From a virus: 47,805 nucleotides of DNA. Below, one piece after another: positions 42,106 to 47,805 of the stretch. Both the position numbers and the translations under genes were made by a program. The stretch spans positions 1 to 47,805 of the IMG/VR virus record IMGVR_UViG_3300009537_000024. One strand, 5' to 3'. Each line of letters begins with the position of its first letter. Positions within the stretch are counted from its first letter, which is position 1. The notes beneath the pieces were generated by a model that ran no database searches, was not told where the DNA came from, and worked only from the letters and a program-made list of their open reading frames with translations.

Positions 42106-43385
42106 TGGCATTCAAAGCTGCGGTCATTAATGACGTCTGCGCGACCGGCGGCGGGACGCAGGACTTTACTTCCGCCGGATTCGGGACGCCTGACGCCTAC
42201 ATGGTGATCGTTTCGCATGCAACAGCGAACGATACCGAGGCGAGTGGCGCGTGTCTGAGTGTTGGCTTTGGCGACAAGACGACCGAGGGATGTAATGCTA
42301 CGTTTTGTCGTGACCAGCTAACGAGTACGAACACGTTTCGTGGAGGATATAACGGCTCCGTTCTTATCCTTAAAAACTCCACATCTTCAAATGCCGGCGC
42401 TGCACAGTTCTCTGCAGCTATCACCGACGGTATTCGCCTCAACTGGACGACGACTCCCGAACAAGCCTACAAAATTACTGTCGTGCTTTTCCAGGGTGTG
42501 AGCGCGAAATGTCTCATTAATGTCACGTCTGGGGTAACGAACGCGGTTGGCTTTGAAGCAGATCTCGTTTTCCTCGCGTCAGCGCGCAGTACGTTGGCAG
42601 AGCACAAAACGCCGATCGAGATTACGACGTACGGCGCACTCAGTGTCGGAATCGCGGTAAATGAAGCGACGGCTAAAAACATGTCGCACAACTGGGGTAG
42701 CCAGAATGCCTTCGCGACAGGCGCCCCATACAGTGTGCTCCATAACGACGTCTGTATGTCGAATCCAAGCAACAGTAGCGATAACGACACGCACTATACA
42801 ATTGACACGTACGACTCCGACGGCTTCACCGTTAATAAGGTCAACGGAACCGACGAGAAACCACTCGCCCTTTTGGCGCTGAAACTTACCGATGGTGAAG
42901 CGATCTCGCTCCTCACGCGGACATCGCGAACGACAGTCGGCGAGGATTCATACGGTGTTGGCTTCACGCCCGGCTTTCTCTTCGCTGTTGGCACAGCCCA
43001 CGACACACTCAACGAGTACATTAATAACGATCAGCAGTGCAGTGCGTTCTGTATTGGCGTCTATGACGGTACCCTGGCCGCATCTCACGCGATCACTGAC
43101 GAGGATGCCAGTGCGGACTCAGAAGCACATTCTTATTTTGCCACCGATATCCATTGCCGCATAGCTAACGGCGCGGGAGCCTCAGCAGAACTATATCAGT
43201 TCGACCCCACATTCCATACAGGCGGGTATACCCTGACGTATACGGGAACGCCTGATGGTACCGCACGTCACATGCTGGTACTCGCCATTGGTGCTCCGCC
43301 GCCTGCGCAGGTAAACACGTACGACGGTAGTCTGGGCGGAGGTGGCGAAACACGCCCTTCCTATACAGGTTGGTTTTTCTATTAA
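42105..43385 (+). CDS. Fibre/receptor-binding-like virion protein (426 aa), low-GC
   Basis: S/T/N/G-rich beta-type composition. Local GC about 45-52 percent (two lines counted) against 68 percent in a line of the giant gene. 10 N-x-S/T sequons within the first ~250 aa. Confidence 0.5.
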   Translation: MAFKAAVINDVCATGGGTQDFTSAGFGTPDAYMVIVSHATANDTEASGACLSVGFGDKTTEGCNATFCRDQLTSTNTFRGGYNGSVLILKNSTSSNAGAAQFSAAITDGIRLNWTTTPEQAYKITVVLFQGVSAKCLINVTSGVTNAVGFEADLVFLASARSTLAEHKTPIEITTYGALSVGIAVNEATAKNMSHNWGSQNAFATGAPYSVLHNDVCMSNPSNSSDNDTHYTIDTYDSDGFTVNKVNGTDEKPLALLALKLTDGEAISLLTRTSRTTVGEDSYGVGFTPGFLFAVGTAHDTLNEYINNDQQCSAFCIGVYDGTLAASHAITDEDASADSEAHSYFATDIHCRIANGAGASAELYQFDPTFHTGGYTLTYTGTPDGTARHMLVLAIGAPPPAQVNTYDGSLGGGGETRPSYTGWFFY

Positions 43386-43394
43386 GGAGCATGA

Positions 43395-45986
43395 ATGTCC
43401 GCCACACTCAGTGTCAATATCATTACCAAGGATCAGCCTAAGGCTACTGCACGTGCCGTAGCTTCGCTACAGAGCCTCGTACGCGCGGGAGACGAGGTAA
43501 TCGTTGTGGATACCGGGTCCTCGCCCACGAACCTCAAGGACCTGAAACGCCGCCTCCCCCTTGCTCTACCGGACAGTGTGGATCTCTGTGTACTGGAGCA
43601 TCCTGAGCTGTCCGTGTCTTTACAGCCATATATCGACGAGTGGCTGCCGGAGCGTTCGGGCGAGATTGAGACCCACGAGCAGTACAAGAACCTGCGCGGT
43701 ATCCTCGACTTCGCCGCCGCACGGAACGTGGCCCTCGATGCCTCGACGCGCGATGTCGTATTCTGGATCGACAGCGACGATGTCCTTGTTGAGAAGGACC
43801 CCGGCCAACTGCGTAGCGTGATCGATCGCGCGCTGGGCGACCCTGAGCCCACGTACAGCGCGCTGTTCCTGACGTACGAGTACGCCTTCACAGAGGACGG
43901 CACCCCCTCGACCATCCTGAAGCGCGAGCGCGCAGTACGTCGCGGCGAGTTCCGGTGGAAGGGACGCTGCCACGAGACTCTGATTCCAGAGGACCATTGT
44001 AAACTACCGGTTGGGTTTGGTGCAGACCTGTATTCCGTGATCCGCCACACCGAGGCTCGAAAAACCGGCGCCATCTGCGATATCCGCAACTACCTCGCTC
44101 TGCGCAAGGAGGTTGAGGAGACCAGGGAAAAGTGGCTCGACCCACGCACGCAGATGTACATCGGTAATGCTGCGCGCGGCCTGCAACGGTTCAAGGAGGC
44201 CCTCGGCTACTACAAGGACTTCTTCTACCGCTCCGGCTCGCCAGACGACCGCTACGCCACGTGCCACTACATCTGTGACATTCTCATGCGCGAGGAGATC
44301 CAGCGCCCGGTTGAGGCGGCAAAGTGGTATCGCGAAGCTATCGCGATCTTCCCGAAGGACCCGCGCGCGTACTTCGGTCTGTCGCGCTGCTATGCCGCGC
44401 AGATGCGGTGGTCGGAGTGCATTGACTGGTTCGAGATTGCCCGAGGATTCGAGCCGCCGGAGCACACCCTCCACACGTACGATCCAAACTCGGTATTCTA
44501 TACGCCGTTCATCATCGCGGCCAAGGCGTACTTGGAGCTGGAAGACCCCGATAAAGCTATCGAATGCATTCATGCCGCAAAGCGCTTCCGTCCGAACGCG
44601 CCCGACATCGACACTGTGGTGCAGACCGTGGAGCAGCTCGCCGCCGGCCAGCGTCTCACTAACATCTTGATCGAGGTGGGCCGGCATGTCAAGGGCGGCA
44701 GCCACCGGGCGCGCGAAATGCTGGGCAAAGTGCTGCCGTACCTCTACGCCGTTCCTGAGGCTCTGGAGAAAGTCGGCATTGGCTTGCCCCAAGAGGACCC
44801 ACGGAACGACGCGCCCGAGCTGGCGATCTTCTGCGGCGAGACTGCCGAGCAGTGGGGGCCGGCGTCTGCCAAGACAGGGATCGGGGGCAGTGAAAAGATG
44901 ATCTTGCTCCTCGCCCCGCTCCTCCAGCGGCTCGGCTGGAACGTGACAGTCTACGCCTCGGTGCCGTTCAAGCAACGCGGCGTGTACCCGGACGGCGTGC
45001 GGTGGGCGCATTGGGCCGAGTTCGACCGCACGAAGCCGCTGGATGTGCTCATCGGCTGGCGCTTCCACGGCCACATGCTGATTCCTGTCTCGGCTAATCT
45101 GCGCGTGCTGTGGCTCCACGACGTCCAGCACCCGGACCAGTACACTACCGAAATCCTGGAGTGTACGGACTATGTAATCGCGGAAAGCGAGTACCACGTG
45201 CAGCCATTGCGGGGGGTGGTGCCGGATGAAAAGCTGGTGGTGCTGCGTAACGCCGTGGCGCCGCCCGACCGGGACATGCTGGAGGGCAAGGACCCAAAGC
45301 GTGTCATCTTCCTGCAGAGTCCCGATCGCGGGCTCGTGACCGCGCTCAAGATGGTAGCCGCCGCGCAGAAGGTGGACCCCGAGATTAAGGCGACGGTGCT
45401 CTACGGCTTCAGCCCCTATGCCCGCAAGTGCCGCGCTCAGCGCGATCACCAGCACATACCGGATCTCGGAAGAGACGGAAGTCTGGACGAGTACGAGCTG
45501 GAGGTCTGCCGGCTGATCGACGAGACGAACGCAGACCAGGGCAACCGTGTGGGGTTTGAACAGGTGTGGGAGCAACTCCAGCATGCCGGCATTTGGCTGT
45601 ACCCCACCCGCTTCCCCGAGATCTCGTGCATGTCAGCAATGGAGGCTCAAGTTGCGGGTTGTGTGTGCATTACTTCTGGCTATGCTGCTCTGTCTGAGAC
45701 AGTGCTCCCCGAAGCGCAGGCCCTGGGAGAAGATCTCGGTCCCGTGGAGGATTCCGAGGATTATATCCAACGAGGCGCGTGTGCGATTCTGGCTGCGACG
45801 AAAGTCCCCGCCCATGATCCTCGTCGGGCAGCTCAATCGGATGCCGCGCGTGCTGCTTACGACGTGAAGTTGCTCGCGGAAGACTGGACTGAGTTGTTTC
45901 GTGCGGGTGAGTCCAAGAGTGGCGGCTTAGAGGACTCCGAAAGCGGCAGCGTGCGGCCGGCCCGCGTTTCACAGGAGGCAGGATGA
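43395..45986 (+). CDS. Multidomain glycosyltransferase: GT2 (GT-A) - TPR-like repeats - GT-B (GT4/GT41-like)
   Basis: N-terminus: SVNIITKD..VIVVDTGS..ARNVAL..VFWIDSDDVL (GT2, DxD). Middle: TPR-like helices (ALGYYKDF, AAKWYREAIAIFP, AYFGLSRCY). C-terminus: GIGGSEKM ... EISCMSAMEAQVAGCVCITS (GT-B E-x7-E-like region). Confidence 0.8.
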   Translation: MSATLSVNIITKDQPKATARAVASLQSLVRAGDEVIVVDTGSSPTNLKDLKRRLPLALPDSVDLCVLEHPELSVSLQPYIDEWLPERSGEIETHEQYKNLRGILDFAAARNVALDASTRDVVFWIDSDDVLVEKDPGQLRSVIDRALGDPEPTYSALFLTYEYAFTEDGTPSTILKRERAVRRGEFRWKGRCHETLIPEDHCKLPVGFGADLYSVIRHTEARKTGAICDIRNYLALRKEVEETREKWLDPRTQMYIGNAARGLQRFKEALGYYKDFFYRSGSPDDRYATCHYICDILMREEIQRPVEAAKWYREAIAIFPKDPRAYFGLSRCYAAQMRWSECIDWFEIARGFEPPEHTLHTYDPNSVFYTPFIIAAKAYLELEDPDKAIECIHAAKRFRPNAPDIDTVVQTVEQLAAGQRLTNILIEVGRHVKGGSHRAREMLGKVLPYLYAVPEALEKVGIGLPQEDPRNDAPELAIFCGETAEQWGPASAKTGIGGSEKMILLLAPLLQRLGWNVTVYASVPFKQRGVYPDGVRWAHWAEFDRTKPLDVLIGWRFHGHMLIPVSANLRVLWLHDVQHPDQYTTEILECTDYVIAESEYHVQPLRGVVPDEKLVVLRNAVAPPDRDMLEGKDPKRVIFLQSPDRGLVTALKMVAAAQKVDPEIKATVLYGFSPYARKCRAQRDHQHIPDLGRDGSLDEYELEVCRLIDETNADQGNRVGFEQVWEQLQHAGIWLYPTRFPEISCMSAMEAQVAGCVCITSGYAALSETVLPEAQALGEDLGPVEDSEDYIQRGACAILAATKVPAHDPRRAAQSDAARAAYDVKLLAEDWTELFRAGESKSGGLEDSESGSVRPARVSQEAG

Positions 45987-46279
45987 ACATCAACGAGTAC
46001 AGCACCATTTCGTGGGACCCAGTGGGCTCGGCTCTGTACACTGTACGGCTGGAGACTCCAACCGGGGGTGTGCTTCACAACATCGCCAACATTGTAGGCA
46101 TCAGCCTGCCGGCGACGGACCTGCTGCTCAACGCTGGCGCGCCGCGAACCGGTGTTTCCCAGGGAGGATCGTACAAGATTCGTGTACAGACGCAGGGAGC
46201 GTTCGGTAACAGCACCGGCGCGGTCGTCGATGTGATCGTCCAGGGTGCACCAGACCCTGCTAACGTCATCATTAGCTGA
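45983..46279 (+). CDS. Small beta-rich (Ig-like?) virion protein (98 aa)
   Basis: ATGA coupling to the glycosyltransferase; alternating beta-strand pattern. Confidence 0.55.
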   Translation: MNINEYSTISWDPVGSALYTVRLETPTGGVLHNIANIVGISLPATDLLLNAGAPRTGVSQGGSYKIRVQTQGAFGNSTGAVVDVIVQGAPDPANVIIS

Positions 46280-46288
46280 GGGTAGTTC

Positions 46289-47242
46289 ATGGCCACGGTA
46301 GGCAACATCATCGATCAGGCTCTGCGGCTCGTCAACCGGGTCGACTCGTCGTACCGGCAGCGAGCCCTCGACGCGATCGAGCGCAACATTCGGTACTACG
46401 CCGAGCGCCTACCGTGGCCATCTCTCGTCCGGCAGGAAACGTTCTACTCGAATGGCACGGACAACTTCGTGTTCCCGCAGCGCGTCCGACAGCTGATCTC
46501 AGTCGGCGACAACACACACAAGTCGTACGTGCCGCCGGGCAAGCACTTCGAGCGCCAGTACCCCGAGTGGCAGCTGGGCAGCAAGCCCTCGGGCGGCCCG
46601 TTTCAGTGGCGGCCCATGGGCGTCGTGCCCGTCATCCAGGACCCTGCCGCGGCTACGTACCTGGAGCTGAACACGCAGGCGTCGGACTCGCAGACGGTGT
46701 ACATTCGCGGTACCGCGCAGGACACCACCGCGTCCGGCACGCCGCTGGAGTTCTACGAGACGGAGGAGTCTGTCACAGCTGTGCAGACCCCCGTCACCAC
46801 AACTAACCTATTCTACCGTGTGTTCTCGATCGAAGCGGCTAACCTCGATCGCGGCAGCGACGTGATCGCGCGCTACTCTACCGGCTCGCTCCCGGCCGCT
46901 CGCGTGCCGACTTTCGACCGCCACAGCAAGTACAACAGGATTGAGTGGCTCGCGAAGCCGGCCGCGGGTGCAGCGTTCCAGTGCCAGTACTACGCCGACC
47001 CACCCAAGATGAACTCCGAGACGCAGGCGCTTGACCCGCAGATCCCCGAGGATTACCTGCTGTGGCGCACAGTGGGTGATCTACATTGGATCGCGGAGCA
47101 GCCCCAAGCAGCCAACGCCGCATGGGGTCGCGCGGACGAGCTGCTCAAGACCAAGATTGACGCCGAGACGACGCACGGCGACCAGAACCACCAGGCTATC
47201 CCGTTCGCGCCTTTCATTGTAAACGACGAGTCATGGGAATGA
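46289..47242 (+). CDS. Virion protein, putative head-tail adaptor / tubular-A-like (317 aa)
   Basis: Precedes the nozzle-like gene and the internal proteins, as in T7-like order; positional only. Confidence 0.5.
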   Translation: MATVGNIIDQALRLVNRVDSSYRQRALDAIERNIRYYAERLPWPSLVRQETFYSNGTDNFVFPQRVRQLISVGDNTHKSYVPPGKHFERQYPEWQLGSKPSGGPFQWRPMGVVPVIQDPAAATYLELNTQASDSQTVYIRGTAQDTTASGTPLEFYETEESVTAVQTPVTTTNLFYRVFSIEAANLDRGSDVIARYSTGSLPAARVPTFDRHSKYNRIEWLAKPAAGAAFQCQYYADPPKMNSETQALDPQIPEDYLLWRTVGDLHWIAEQPQAANAAWGRADELLKTKIDAETTHGDQNHQAIPFAPFIVNDESWE

Positions 47243-47418
47243 TCGATTGGGTATCGGCTGCTCGCAAAATCCTCTCTGAGGAGGAGCGGCGTGAGTATGA
47301 TAAACTCGCGCGCGAGTGCATGGAGCATGCGACGGGTAAATGTTTTTGCGGTGGCCCCGCGGACCACGTCCCTAATGGAATACATTGTAGGCGTCCGCTG
47401 AATGTTCCCGAGAAATGA
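47233..47418 (+). CDS. Small Cys/His protein (61 aa)
   Basis: CMEHATGKCFCGGPADHVPNGIHC; overlaps both neighbours. Confidence 0.5.
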   Translation: MGMIDWVSAARKILSEEERREYDKLARECMEHATGKCFCGGPADHVPNGIHCRRPLNVPEK

Positions 47419-47805
47419 AGATCTCTTAGTAGATGCGACAGAATCGCTGGACGGAGGCGCGTACCAGAATGCGCGTGTCTGGAAAGCGCCTCCTAACACC
47501 TACGCCGACGGGTACAATATAGACGTCTCGGAGGTGGGTGTCTGGAAGCGCCGCCGCGGCGTTGCCTCGCGCGGCACCTCGCCTGGGCGGTCCGGCGGCT
47601 TTATCTGGACACGCAACTCCTTGGGCACTCCGCTGCTCTGGACCATTTGGGGCAGCCAAATCTTCCGCACCACGGGCTTCGGCGAGATCGATGCCCTGCC
47701 CGTGACAAACATCACATGCTACAACCAGACCCTGCATCAGATGGTGGAGGGCTTCTATAACAACGCCGCTTTCGCAGTCAATCAATACAAGGCAATTTAT
47801 GGCTG
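47402..47805 (+). CDS. 5' part of the junction-spanning nozzle-like gene (continues at base 100 via the repeat)
   Basis: ATG 47402 directly follows an in-frame TGA and overlaps the stop of 47233..47418. The frame is open to the window end and in phase with ORF 35..1357 (47,706 is divisible by 3). Confidence 0.7.
   Translation, partial: MFPRNEDLLVDATESLDGGAYQNARVWKAPPNTYADGYNIDVSEVGVWKRRRGVASRGTSPGRSGGFIWTRNSLGTPLLWTIWGSQIFRTTGFGEIDALPVTNITCYNQTLHQMVEGFYNNAAFAVNQYKAIYG
47707..47805. repeat. Terminal direct repeat (second copy)
   Basis: Identical to 1-99. Confidence 0.95.

Overview
The window is a complete, circularly closed phage genome. Bases 1-99 are identical to 47707-47805, giving a unique length of 47,706 bp. 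It is high-GC dsDNA with a podovirus-like gene order. I found no integrase, tRNA, rRNA or CRISPR array. Two convergent arms fill the genome.

The plus-strand packaging and virion arm runs from about 31985, across the junction, to 10284. In order it encodes a GIY-YIG nuclease, TerS, TerL, a lipoprotein, two possible GT-A-like proteins, portal, scaffold and an HK97-fold capsid followed by a strong terminator. Then come a LamG protein, a low-GC fibre-like protein and an 863-aa GT2-TPR-GT-B glycosyltransferase. It ends with adaptor- and nozzle-like proteins and three internal/ejection proteins, one of them 2319 aa.

The minus-strand early and replication arm runs from 32070 down to 10247. It holds many tightly coupled small ORFs and a P-loop helicase. 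It also encodes a family A DNA polymerase, an MT-A70 methylase and a dNTP pyrophosphohydrolase-like protein. Further genes encode a Cas4-like nuclease, a LAGLIDADG nuclease, an SDR enzyme, a DegT-type aminotransferase, a SAM methyltransferase and a ClpP-like protease.

The most interesting region is a 4.2-kb accessory cassette at 26.2-30.5 kb, bracketed by two 103-bp AT-rich quasi-palindromic elements in inverted orientation. It contains two type II hammerhead ribozyme folds in intergenic spacers. It also contains near-identical RBS/start junctions, translationally coupled micro-ORFs and a 580-bp non-coding island.

Secondary leads are a possible virion-glycosylation module (the multidomain glycosyltransferase next to a sequon-rich fibre, plus amino-sugar enzymes on the other arm) and two same-strand dual-coding stretches.

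All functional calls rest on motifs I recognised by eye; no database search was run. Internal starts were chosen from coding pattern, SD motifs and ATGA/GTGA overlaps, so they may be off by a few codons.
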